A stretch of DNA of 64,000 nucleotides from the NCBI RefSeq assembly GCF_006345805.1, contig NC_043013.1, forward strand, positions 38,874,001 through 38,938,000, given 5' to 3'. Position numbers and translations under genes: made by a program. Shown here in pieces: positions 13,211-25,832 of this stretch. The number at the start of each line of letters is the position of its first letter. Position 1 is the stretch's first letter. A model generated the notes under the pieces. The model worked only from the letters and a program-made list of their open reading frames with translations, had not been told where the DNA came from and did no database searches. This DNA comes from Octopus sinensis. Taxonomy: Eukaryota.

Positions 13211-13276
13211 ACGCAGCATGTAAGAGTACAAATGATGATGTAATACTTGCAATGTAATCATTAAAGACAAGTAATA

Positions 13277-13430
13277 GGCGCAGACGTGGCTGTATGGTAA
13301 GAAGATTGCTTCCCAACTACATGGTTCTGGGTTCAGTCCCACTGCGTGGCACCTTGGGCAAATATCTTCTACAATAACCTCGAGCTGAGCAAAGCCTTGT
13401 GAGTGGATTTGGTAGACGGAAACATAACAA
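13277..13430 (+). mobile_element. SINE family S1, 5' part
   Basis: Aligns to the head of the copy at 7295. Confidence 0.8.
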
Positions 13431-13590
13431 AGAAAAAAGCCAATCACACGTACGTCCCTCAGAAACTCACCACCATGCATGCATACACACGCAGTCTCAC
13501 ATACACACACAACACACACACATATCCACCAAACTTAAAATATAGCAACAAAAGCTTGAGGACAGCAAGGCAGAACTGGTGTAAGGAGGT

Positions 13591-13640
13591 CATACTACTG
13601 ATGAAGTCGCCAATATACGACGAAACTACGTCTTCAATAT
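13591..13640 (+). ncRNA. Hammerhead-like motif (intact core and stem II, poor stem I)
   Basis: CTGATGA-A-GTCG(CCAATATA)CGAC-GAAA-C(TAC)G-TC. Confidence 0.5.
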
Positions 13641-14071
13641 TTTAAGTCCTTAATAACGGCATGGTTGAAGTTGCTAGCAACTAGTGGTTTGTTCAGATAA
13701 CGAAATTCATGTCAACATACAATTCTGAATATTGCTATCAGATATTGACATTGTGCATGTGTATCGGTCTATGCTTAAAGTATTAGGAAGTTCAACGTTT
13801 GCGTAACCATACATTTCTCTTTCTTCATCTCTCTCTCCTTCATTTCTACCTCCACTCTCTCTCTCTCTCTCTCTCCTTCATCCTTTTTCTCTCTTCCCCT
13901 CTCGTTCAAACATTCGTAACATGCGTCTAAAACATATGAATCTAGTTGAACTTCACTCAATTAAACTGAAAAAGTGCTGTGTAGGTTTTAACCGCGTTGT
14001 GTATCTGCACAATGAAGCCAAATGCTTGTCTGTTTACTGCGTCATTGAGGACCCGTGTCGAATAGAATATT

Positions 14072-14304
14072 TTTATCTTTTAATTGCTTCAGTCATTGGA
14101 CTGTGGCCATGCTGGGGCACCGTCTTGAAAAACTTTTAGTCAAATGAATCGACCCCAGTACTTTTCTTTTAAAAGCCCAGTTCTTATTCTATTGTTCTCT
14201 CTTACTGAACCGCTAAGTTACGGGAACATAAGCACACCAACACTGGTTGTCAAGCCGTGGTGGTGAGACAAACACAGACACAAAGACACACACACACAAG
14301 CACG

Positions 14305-14394
<90 letters not shown>

Positions 14395-14562
14395 GACGAA
14401 CTTCTTTCAGTGTTTCCATCTACCAAATCCTTTCATATGGTTTTGGTCGGCTCAAGGCTATAGCAGAAGGTACTTGCCCAAGTGTGCCATGCAGGGGATC
14501 TAAACTCGGAACCATGTGGTTGGGAAGCAAGCTTCTTACCACACAGCCACGCCAGCACCTAT
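14072..14562 (-). mobile_element. SINE family S1
   Basis: Reverse-complement alignment to S1, with internal (CA)n(TA)n. Confidence 0.85.
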
Positions 14563-14678
14563 ACACATTTTTGCCAACCGACTTGGACTGGAGTAACGTC
14601 GAACACTGGAATTTTTTTTACCCTGCGTGCCTAAGCGAAAACAAGGTATTATAATCCCTCATCTTTGTCCGTTTGCCT

Positions 14679-14994
14679 GTGAAGGCGCATGGCTCAGTGG
14701 TTAGAGCGTCGAGCTTACAATCGTGAGGTTGTGAGTTCGATTCCAGGACCGGGCTGCGTTTTGTGTTCTTGAGCAAGACACTTTATTTCACGTTGCTCCA
14801 GTTAACTCAGCTGTAAAAATGAGCTGCGACATCACCTTTGTCTTTCCCTTGGATAACATCAGTGGTGTGGAGAGGGGAGGCTGGTGTGCATGGGCGACTG
14901 CTGGCCTTCCATAAACAACCTTGCCCGTACTTGTACCTCGGAGGGTAACTTTCTAGGTGCAATCCCATGGCCATTCATGACCGAAGGGGGTCTC
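14679..14994 (+). mobile_element. tRNA(Arg-like)-derived SINE family S2
   Basis: GGCGCATGGCTCAGTGGTTAGAGCG...GTTCGATTCC; body TTGAGCAAGACACTTTATTTCACG...CAGCTGTAAAAATGAG; further copies at 24573-24888 (-), 31405-31742, 55352-55710 and 61485-61735. Confidence 0.88.
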
Positions 14995-16645
14995 CCACTG
15001 TCTGTTTGTCTATGTATTTGCCCAATTATTGGAAAACGGCTGAACGAATTTTCACCATATTTGGCACAAATACTCATTGAGTGAATGGATCGAATGGTTT
15101 GATTATCATACATAAATAAATACATAGATATGCGACTCTATGTGTATGTGTGTGTGTGCGCGCGCGCGCGTAGTGACGGATTCAAGGGTTTCGTTTATTT
15201 GCGAGTTGATTTTTTAATTTCACCGGAGTATAAGTACCTATAACGGTGATACTTAAAAAAAAATTTTTTTAATAATTTGTAAGTCGAACTTACAAATTTT
15301 CCCTGTGAGCAAGTGGTCATATTATTTATACCCTACAACGAACTACAGTACGTTTGATTCGCTGGCCATTTTTATAGCCGGTTTGATTACTGTTTGTGTA
15401 ACACTATTTTTATATGTTTCCTATTTGGAAATAGTAAATATATTTTACTTTTGAAATATATTGATAAACCCGTCATTTATAACTTACTTATAAGTGTTAT
15501 CATTATACATAAATCCTGACTCCAGCTACATAAACACCATAGCGAGAATTATATACTTTCAAATGCTAACGGACATTTTATGCGTGCATGTATGTTGAAG
15601 ATAAATAAATTTGTGTTCTTTTAACCGCTATAAAAAAATACAGTTTCATAATTGCAGAAATAAATTTCATTAACAAGTTGAAGAACGCGAAGAAAGAGAA
15701 AATAATTACATTATTTTATTTATGCACATTTAGAATTTATTGTACAATTGGAAAGTAAAATCATTTTGTCGTAGAGAATTACGACTTAAAATTCACACTA
15801 GCTAATCCTTCATACTACTAGAGTTCACAAGAATTCGAATAAGTCTTGTTGGATTTTTATCATATACATGATATAGAAAATAGCCAATATCTCAATGAGC
15901 GAGTGTCGTGAAGTTTAGTAACATCCTACGAACACTGATTAATTTCCCTAAAATCAGGATTTTTATAACTGCTCATACCTGAATTCTAAGAACCGTATTT
16001 CGTGAAAGAATTCTCTTTGACAAATGTTTAGGATTCAAATATGGGCAATAATTTTAACCAATGGGATTACCAGCAATTATGCTTGTTCGTGTAAACAACT
16101 ATTACATCATATTGCCGCCTTTTATGACTTGCTATACCATCATTAAAAGACGTTGAAAACACTTCCCAAATTCTATGCAATAATCTTCTTTTAGTCAAAC
16201 ACTTACAAAGCTTAATTCAGTTCAATTACAAAGCATGGGTAAGCAACGCATTGTAAACTACACTACAGTTTACGAAAAATTTATCTGCACGCAGGGTATG
16301 CATCGCCCCTCCGATGCCTTCTCTTTCACTTTTTTATTTCTTCTAGTTCTTTACAGAATGAGTTCTAATCCAACAACGGTCGGCTTTGATTTTTTTCTTT
16401 CTCGACCGATAAAATAAAGTATTAGCCAGGTAATATCCTTATACTTAAAAATTAAAAATCCTTAACCGTGCACCTGTAAATACACTTAACATAACACATG
16501 TATATACACTCGTTCTTTCTTTCTTTTCGAATTTTCTTTCCAATGAAGAAAGAGTCAGTTTCATGCCTAAGAAGACTTTACCACTGAAATTTAGACAATG
16601 TCAAACATGGTTCTCTTATACGTATACATGCACAGTATATATATA

Positions 16646-16714
<69 letters not shown>

Positions 16715-16724
16715 ATATATGTGT

Positions 16725-16768
<44 letters not shown>

Positions 16769-17507
16769 TGTTCGTTGAAGTACGTGGCTCAATGTTTAGG
16801 GTGTCGAACTCATGATCATAAGATTCTGGTTTCGACTCCAACACTGTTCCTGAACTGGGTGATTCGCTGTGCTCTTGAGCAAAACACTTCAATCCACGTT
16901 ACTCTAGTTCTGTCAGCTGGCAAAAATATCCATAATACATTAAAAGTGAAGTTCAATCTTGCTTGCTTGCTTGCAATGTTACACAGCCAAACTGGCGCAT
17001 AATGGGAAAATACTTTGAAAGTAAAATTCCCCTGAAATGTGAATACGAGCGGAATAAAACAAGTTTCGCATAAATCGGACCAGTGGTTATTGAGATATTC
17101 GGGGATTTAGGGGTATAGACACACAAAACGGTGCATAGTGGGAAAATATTCCGAAAATAACTTAACCTTGAAAGGGAAGAAACTCTAACCTCCCCATTAG
17201 ATACATTATGATGGGGTGAAATAGTTTTTCCATAGGTTTCTTTCGAGTGCGTTCAACGTATCTCACATCCAAAGATGTGTCTACTGTTTCTATCACGCCC
17301 TGTAACAGCTATTTACGGTAAAGGACCCAAAATACCTGTTACGTGGTAACAGGGTGTGCAAGAAATAGCATCCAAATCTTTACTTTTCTGGGGAAAGGAG
17401 CCATTTACGCGTGATTTCGATGTCACATTCGTTGAAAGCATGCGAAATAACATGGAAAAGAAAAAAAACACGAGACAAAATTCCGTTGCTGGGAAGCTTA
17501 GACTTCC

Positions 17508-17538
17508 CCGGTGACCCAATGGGTCACGGGTAGTCTAG
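17508..17538 (+). mobile_element. Helitron-type 3' terminus
   Basis: GC-rich hairpin GTGACCCA-A-TGGGTCAC followed by CTAG|T; 5' end not located. Confidence 0.6.
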
Positions 17539-17575
<37 letters not shown>

Positions 17576-18019
17576 TGGCATACGGTGACTTCCGGGTTGG
17601 GCATGCAATGAATTTCTTCTCTCCCCCCCCCGACAATTTTTCAGTAAAAAATTTTCGTATTCCTACGATTTACATATGGGAGATTCTGAATATGCAATCA
17701 ACCGTATGACCTAGAATAAGCAGGGAATAAAAAATGGCTCTGTAGAGATGAGCCTGAAATAAGTGTATTGTTTGTATTATTCTTTCTCTTCGAAACGTCA
17801 GTACTTTCCCATCCTCACTCTCCCATAAAAAAGTCTAAAAATCATAAGTGAAATGTAATAAAGATGAAAATGGATTCTCTTAATATTTTTGCATATTCGG
17901 AATCTCTGTTCAAGGTAGGAATCCGAAAAACATTTTTCACAAAAATTCGTTTTTCAAAGAGGTGCGATTCTGCATTAGCCCCTATACCTCTTGGTTGAGC
18001 CGAATCAATTTGAAATGAT

Positions 18020-18350
18020 GGAACTTTTCCCTTTGACCGGCAGATTCAAAAACTAATTTTTTGTAACTAAACACTTTTAAACTTCGTATGCTGGTAGAAT
18101 GTGTCACATAAAACATCTTTTTCTCTTGGCGTTCTTGAGAAAATTCTGTAGTTTGTAAACTATTTGTTGTTAAATTACTCGTATTTCGGCAATTTCAACC
18201 AATCAATGACGTCTATTGAGGTGAATACAATTACTGCTGGTGTTTGTCAACAAGAACTTCCGGCGGTGTATATGTCGTTTGTCGAAGTTTAAAAGTGTTT
18301 AGTTACAAAAAAAGGATTTTTTAAATCTGCCGGTCAACGTGAAAAGATCC
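18020..18350. mobile_element. MITE of the GGATCTTTTC family (imperfect ~65-bp TIRs, no TSD seen)
   Basis: Inverted ends; interior homologous to 22190-22625; partial reversed copy at 20609-20745. Confidence 0.75.
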
Positions 18351-18524
18351 CAGTCCACAAGACGGAACGGTCATTTCTGGAATGTTTTTGATCTTGGCTC
18401 ATTCAAAGCTTACCTACAATTAACAATATCGCTTTCAATATTGTCATCAGTTCGTGTTATCTTATTTACATTGTGGGAAAACGGGACAACAGTTTCAAAT
18501 ACATTCATCTCTCATCTGATGAAG

Positions 18525-18754
18525 AGAGAGCGAGACAGACAGACAGACAGACAGACAGAGAGGGGAGAGAGAGATAGAGAGACAGACTGACAGAAGCAGG
18601 AAGAGAAAGGGAAACAGAAAGAGAGACAGAGGATGAGACAAAAATCAGAGACAAACAGAAAAAAAAAGAAGAATGAGAGCGATAGGAGAGAAAGACAAAC
18701 AAATAGAGAGAGAAACAGGGACAGAGATGGTAAGAAGACAGACAGAGAGACAAA

Positions 18755-18789
<35 letters not shown>

Positions 18790-19080
18790 TGGCAGACAGC
18801 TTGACAGAAACAGAGAGAGAGACAGACAGACAAACAGAGACAAAGATATGCAAAGTAAGAGAGGAGGCGAGGTAGACAGAAAGGGACGAAAAGGGGTTGA
18901 CAGAGAGAAAGACAGGCGGATAGAGCAAAAGACAGAGAGGTAGAAAGAGCGAGACACAGAGAGAGTCATAGAGAGGGAGACAGTGAGAGAAAAAGACAGA
19001 TAGAGAGAGAAAGACAGAAAGAAAGAAAAACAAGCAGAGAGAGGGAAAGAGAAAGAAAGAGTAGAGAGGGAGAAAGAAGT
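18525..19080. repeat. (AG)/(AGAC)n polypurine tract
   Basis: Direct reading. Confidence 0.95.
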
Positions 19081-19518
19081 TATAAAATGTCGTTTGTGAA
19101 GTTATTGCTGTTGATTGTTGTAGCTGTTGTTGTTATTGTTGTTGTTTTGTGATGGGTGGCGGTGGTGGTGAAAGAAAGGGAGTTTGTTTTGCTTTGAGTA
19201 GCAAACGTGGTTCGCTTATTTTATGATTGTTTACCTGTGACGTCCCAGTAACCACAGCACAACACAATTTGACCGGCTAAAAATAGCAGCCAAATTTAAC
19301 CCAAACATTAACTTCGCCGTCTTGGAAAAAAAGAAGACACTTTACATAATCTGGTCCTAGATTTCCTGCACATGGGAAGAAAGACGGGATTGTCACGGCT
19401 AGAGTTTGGAGTCTGGAACGTCTTTGCTCGATCAGGTCCTACCGAGGGCTAAACAAAAACATATCTAAACTGTAGCCCACTTAAAAAGAATAGCTAAATT
19501 TCCCTCAAATCTGAACAC

Positions 19519-20572
19519 GGATCTTTTCCTTTTGATGGACGGAATTTTCTAGTTAACTAAAAAATTTGAAACTTCGTATACAGGTAGAATGTGTCAAAAG
19601 AAAACATTATTGTAAACAAAATTGTAATTTCTAACTTTAACGTAGTTTAATTCTTCGAATTTTAACCAATGAAATCCCAGCATTTGAACTCAAATCATTT
19701 GCTGCGTTATCGCTATTGATAAAGAAACATAGCAGACGCATGCCGCATACACACACACACACATATATATATTCAGATACATACACAGGTACACTTGCAC
19801 ACACACACACACACACTCTGTCACTATCTCTCTCTCTCTCTATCTCTCTCTCTCTCTCAAACACATGCATATACATTTGCACAAGCACATAGTAATTAAT
19901 ATATAAGCGTACACACACATACAAACGGACATATACATACACACACATACGCACACAAGCATACATACACGTTCGTGTTTTGCTCCTTGCCGCAACAAAT
20001 TAACACAAAGGGTAAATAAACCAGAAGGGGAGGGTCAATGTTTCATCGTTTCGGGGTCGATAAATTAAGTACCAACTACTCACTGGTGTCGAGGGTTTTT
20101 TTCACACTCCACACACAAACTCTAGACCGTTTTAGGCATATTGTTGTTTTGCTTTTGTTGTTTCTGGCCCTTCAAAACCATGGGAGAAGCCTTTTCGGTA
20201 AAAAAAAATAAAGAAAATATTCAAAAAATATCGTTAATATTTTTATTGGGCGACGAAATTCATCGATTTAAGAGATATAGCTGTTATTTCTAGCACATGC
20301 AGAGCACATGCAGAAGACAGAAGACAGAAGAGATAAGGATGAATAAGACGTGTGTGTGTGTGAGTTTTTAGATGCAGAAAATGAATTGAGCTCAAATGCT
20401 GGGATCTCATTGGTTAAAATTCGTAGAATTAAACTACGTTAAACTTAGAAATTACAATTTTGTTTTCAATTTTGTTTACAATAATGTTTTCTTTTGACAC
20501 ATTCTCCCAGTATACGAAGTTTCAAATTGTTTAGTTAACTAGAAAATTATGTCCATCAAAAGGAAAAGATCC
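19519..20572. mobile_element. Non-autonomous long-TIR DNA element (Merlin-like), ~190-bp TIRs, 8-bp TSD
   Basis: CTGAACAC|GGATCTTTTCC...GGAAAAGATCC|CTGAACAC. Confidence 0.85.
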
Positions 20573-20843
20573 CTGAACACGTTCCGTTTTTGGATAATCT
20601 GGTGTTGGGGATCATTTCACTTTAATCGGCAGATTTAAAAAATAATTTTTTTCTAACTAAACACACACACGCGTATCTCAAACGAAATATGTCATAAATA
20701 ACAGTGACAAACGAAATATACACCGCCGGAACATTCACATCTTCAGTCCATGGAATTTAAACTATAGTGTTTGACCCGGGCCGGAAAAAAGGGAAAAAAT
20801 AGTGTAATTGGTGTAAAACTACTTGTTCTAAACGATTATCAAG

Positions 20844-20875
<32 letters not shown>

Positions 20876-21242
20876 GAGAAATGGTTGGTTCACTGCAACA
20901 TTTAAATGTCATTTCAATGTCGATATTTTTGTCGCTTTGAAACCGAGACTTGTTCACTGACAAAAGAGATGCAGCACGAAGTTTTTGTCAGGGGTTTGCC
21001 ATGGTTTCAAAGACCGAAAATATTTAGACACAAACGAAATTTAAATTTTACAATGAAAGTAACGGCTTTTGTTGTTCTGGAATTGCTTACAAGCATCTTA
21101 CACGCTGCAAATTCTCTTAAATATCCATGCTCCTATTTACAAAACTTGCCACTCTTTTTCGTTTTTTAAATTCTTTATGCAGACAGTTTGTGTTATTAAA
21201 TTCTCTTTAACATACATTTAAATTATTATATTATAGAAATGT

Positions 21243-21540
21243 GGAGGCGCAATGGCCCAGTGGTTAGGGCGTGAGTGTTTATTGAGCGAAAACACCTAAA
21301 AGCTCCACGATGCTCCGACAGGGGATGGTGGTGATCCCTGCTGTACTCTTTCACCACAACTTTCTCTCACTCTTACTTCCTGTTTCTGTTGTACCTGTAT
21401 TTCAAGGGGCCGGCCTTGTCACTCTCTGTGCACGTGTCTGTGGTGTGCTCAGCCACTTACACGTTAATTTCACGAGCAGGCTGTTCCGTTGATTCGGATC
21501 AACCGGAACCCTCATCGTCGTAACCGACGGAGTGCTTCCA
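21243..21540 (+). mobile_element. SINE family S3, internally deleted
   Basis: Aligns to 10405-10790 with two deletions. Confidence 0.85.
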
Positions 21541-22189
21541 TTCCCATTATAGAAATAATTATAAGAACACACGTGTAAGTATCTGCGTAAATTGTAAGTC
21601 AATTTCAACAAAACGGGAAAATAACCTTAGTTAAATGTATAGATATTGATTATATTTTTGCTTTCAGAACACTTCAAAAATATAATAGTGCAAACAGATG
21701 TTTTGGATAAAAAAATTCAAACTTACCACCAGGCTAACTCAAGAATTATCAAAAATTCAAATTTACCAGCTGGCTAACTCACGAATTATGGGACTGCTCT
21801 TGTTCCGATCAGATATTTTATGGGTCAAAAAGGGGAACCAGGTTAGCAACAATTGTACACTAACAAAGACACAGAGAGTGGGGTCTCGTGCGGTCTTCTC
21901 AAAGCATGACATGCCCCAATGAATTTGTCGAGTCACTGAGAGAGAGAAGGGGATACAAAATATTATGAATGATCTTTCTTCCTATCATGGCTTTTAAACA
22001 AGTCACTAAGAGAGAGAGAGGAAGGAGGGACAAACTAACAAAGAGAGAGGGAGGTCATGCGGGTATTCTCAAAGCATGACGTGCCACAATGAATTTATGG
22101 AATCACTAAGAGAGGGGAAGGAGAGACAAAATATTTCGAAAACAACAGGACGTATTTTCTTTGAAACAAAATAACTATTTTATCTAATT

Positions 22190-22625
22190 GGATCTTTTCG
22201 GTTTGAACGGCAGTTTTTAACATAATTTCTAGGCAACTAAAAAATTTTAAACTTCGTATGCTGGTAGAATGTGTTTATAAAACATCTTTTTCTCTTGGCT
22301 TTATTGAGAAAATTCTATAGTTTGTAAGATATTTGTTGTTTTTTTCTTCAATTTCTGCAATTTCAACCAATCAATAACGTCTATTGAGGTAAAAAAAAAT
22401 TATGTGCCGTATGAATATGTCCCTCGTTTAAGAAACAGATTGGGTTTATTTACATTTGTGAAGAAAAAAATATACCCTTCCCCCCACCCCTAACCTTAAC
22501 CCTAACCCTAACTAACCCTAACCCTAAAACATTGAAATGCAATAGATCGATACTAAGTTCATAATTATGGGTGACATTTTCATATGACACCGCTAGAAAA
22601 ACTGCCGTTCAAACCGAAAAGATCC
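22190..22625. mobile_element. MITE (Merlin-like), perfect 29-bp TIR, 8-bp TSD, internal CCCTAA repeats
   Basis: ATCTAATT|GGATCTTTTCGGTTTGAACGGCAGTTTTT...AAAAACTGCCGTTCAAACCGAAAAGATCC|ATCTAATT. Confidence 0.9.
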
Positions 22626-22816
22626 ATCTAATTTCCCAATGATATGGATAAAAAAATCACAGGGCAGGCAGCGCATACCTTGCATACCTGAGAACAATGT
22701 GAAGTATATTTGCCATCCAAATATGGCTAAACACTAAGGGTAGATGTTACTGTAGCTTGTAGCTACAGGAGGACATCTTCTCCAGCTGGCTATTGACACA
22801 CTTTCTGTGCCCTATC

Positions 22817-22878
<62 letters not shown>

Positions 22879-23023
22879 AGTAGATGAATGAATTATCCTA
22901 GTATGGATAATTCTGTTAATCGATACCTGGGTAGCAAATTCACTTCAGTAAAACACGGTTGAAGTTACATGCCAAGGGCTGAACCCCGTGTTCGTGTGTG
23001 AAAATTTGTGTGTTTTTTTATAC

Positions 23024-23175
23024 GAATAAATGAAAAGAATGGAGTCGAACGAAGATTTTATCAAAATTCCTTTACTTTCGACATATGTTTCGAAGACTGC
23101 AGTCTTCGAAACATATGTCGAAAGTAAAGGAATTTTGATAAAATCTTCGTTCGACTCCATTCTTTTCATTTATTC
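23024..23175. repeat. Perfect 152-bp zero-spacer palindrome
   Basis: Axis GAAGACTG|CAGTCTTC; the same peptide appears in both strands of the ORF track. Confidence 0.97.
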
Positions 23176-23217
<42 letters not shown>

Positions 23218-23324
23218 TATATTATATATGTATGTATGTATTATATATGTATGTATGTATGTATGCATGCATGTATGTATGTATGTATATATATATATTA
23301 TATATATATATATATATACAGAAC

Positions 23325-23358
<34 letters not shown>

Positions 23359-23366
23359 ATATATAT

Positions 23367-23397
<31 letters not shown>

Positions 23398-23401
23398 GTG
23401 A

Positions 23402-24345
23402 ATACAGAACCCCAGCGATGTTGCACACCTGCAGCAGGAGTTGGACTCAATCTACAGATGGGCTGAGGATAATAATATGCAGTTTAATGCTGAAAAATTA
23501 CAGGCCCTGCGCTACCAGCATCCAAAACTGAATATTAAACTCACGGGATACACCGGTCCACAGGGAATTTCAATCCCAGTGCCTAAGTCTGTGAGGGACC
23601 TGGGTATCGACATGAGTGATGATACCTCTTTCCAAGTGCACATTACCAGGATGGCGACAAAGTGCAGACGACTGGCTGGGTGGATCCTAAGAACATTCAG
23701 AACCAGAGATAAGGAAACCATGATGTTCCTCTGGCGGACATTTGTCCTCAGCCGCCTGGATTACTGCTCACAGCTATGGTCATCCACCAGTGTAAAATTA
23801 ACAGCGGACCTTGAAGCAATCCATAGAAGATTCACAAAGAAGATAGTCTCTTTGCAACAGCTCAGCTACTGAGAAAGGTTGAAACAGCTAAGACTCTACT
23901 CCCTGGAGAGAAGACGGGAGAGGTATGCAGTAATATATGTCTGGAAGATCCTGGAAGAAATTGTGCCAAATTTTGGCATTGTAAGCTACACCAATGCAAG
24001 AACGGGACGACACTGCATAGTGCCAAAGATCCCAGCAATGCCATCAGGCTTCAGGACCAGCTTCTGCAACAGCCTGGATTTCAAGGGCCCACAGCTTTTT
24101 AATATTCTCCCAAAGAGTCTGAGGAACTTGCACAAAGTAGATGTAGCGGTTTTTAAATCAAAGCTGGACATCTTCCTGTCGAGAGTCCCAGATGAACCTA
24201 CTTCACGGCAAGAGGTGCAAATGAGAGTAGCTATATCAAACTCCATTCTTCACCAAGTGCCACATATTAGACGAGGTTCTTCGCAATAACAGTGTGGCAC
24301 AAAACGGCGGTGCATCAGCATGGCCGCAGCTCTGAGCTGAAACTA
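23402..24345 (+). mobile_element. 5'-truncated CR1-group LINE (RT C-terminal half, one premature stop, 3' UTR)
   Basis: [59 protein letters not shown]; TGA at 23870-23872; A-rich tail. Confidence 0.93.
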
Positions 24346-24572
24346 GAGAAAAAAAATATACATATATATATATATATATATATATTCAAGATTAATCAGC
24401 CGAAATTGCGAAGATGATCCGGTTCTTGACTGATGATTGAGGTCTTCGAACGTCCCGTCCGTTTTTTTTTTTTTGTGTCGTCTTCTAATTGTTTCACGTT
24501 CTTGTCCCAGTTTGTATATATATATATTTTTTTTTCTTTTATACATATATATATATATCCGGATCCGGAACC

Positions 24573-24888
24573 CCCTTCGGTCACGACACTGACCATGGGA
24601 TTGCACCTAGAAAGTTACTCTCCTGGTCACAAGTCTGGGCATGGTTGTTTATAGAAGACCAGCAGTCGCCCATGCATACTGGCCTCTCCTCTCCACGCCA
24701 CCAGTGTTATCCAAGGGAAAGGCAAAGGCCGATACAGCTTGGCACTTGTGACGTCGCAACTCATTTCTACAGCTGAGTGAACTGGAGCAACGTGAAATAA
24801 AGTGTCTTGCTCAAGAACACAACACGCAGCCCGGTCCGGGATTCGAGCTCACAACCTCACGATCGTAAGCTCGACGCTCTAACCACTG
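24573..24888 (-). mobile_element. SINE family S2
   Basis: Reverse-complement alignment to 14679-14994. Confidence 0.85.
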
Positions 24889-24944
24889 TATACATACATA
24901 CATACATGCATACATACATGCATACATACATACATATATATACA

Positions 24945-25004
<60 letters not shown>

Positions 25005-25328
25005 ATATATATATATATATATAGACTGCCATGTGTAATGTTTTACCAAAAAGGAATACTATAATTCTCACTAAATATGACTAAAATGTTACAATACCTA
25101 CATGCTAGAAGTAAGAGCTAAAAAGCTCTAATGTTTTAGTTAAAGCACATAATTGTATATATATCCACTGACAGGGAATTTTTGACCGGTGTTTTCGGGT
25201 GATCACAATCCCTCTCATTACATATGTATAATTACGTGCTTTCACTACAGGATTAGAGCTTTTTAGCTCTTATTTCTAGCAATGTAAGTGTTCTAACACC
25301 CTTGTCATATCTATTATATATATATATA

Positions 25329-25369
<41 letters not shown>

Positions 25370-25689
25370 ATATAATATATATATACGGCGGGCTACTTTC
25401 AGTTTCTGTCTATCATATCCACTCAAGAGGATTCGGTCTGCCCAAGGCTATTACAGGAGATACTTGACCAAGCTGCCATGCAGTGGAACAGAAGCGAGAA
25501 CCATGCGGTTGGGAAGCATGCTTTTTACGATACAGACACTATATCTGTGTTACCGCTCGTGTGTTCATTTTGGGATTTTGAAGCCCGCCTTCCAAAATTG
25601 ATACTGAGGCAGTTAGTTGCGTATCCAAGTGTTCCAATAACTTTTGTATGTATGTTTGTATGTATTTATGTACTTACATATGTATATAT

Positions 25690-25800
25690 GTCTTTATTCA
25701 GCTTTATTTCAAGATTTTTTGCTAATAAAGACAGAGCCGGTTTCTAACCTAGATCCAGGGCTCCTTCGGTGGAATTTCAGCATCAACAAGAGAGTAATTT

Positions 25801-25832
<32 letters not shown>

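Noticed and set aside
16357-16429. Possible 73-nt exon with good splice signals
   Set aside because: Stops in all three frames and no other support
21668-21841. Possible plus-strand exon (TTTCAG acceptor, CAG|GTTAGC donor)
   Set aside because: Frame broken by a 40-bp tandem duplication; no recognisable protein
22488-22526. Chromosome end or telomere fusion
   Set aside because: Short degenerate tract lying inside a TSD-flanked MITE
24413-24450. CTGATGA...GAACGTC as a hammerhead
   Set aside because: GAAA box incomplete; stems I and II do not pair
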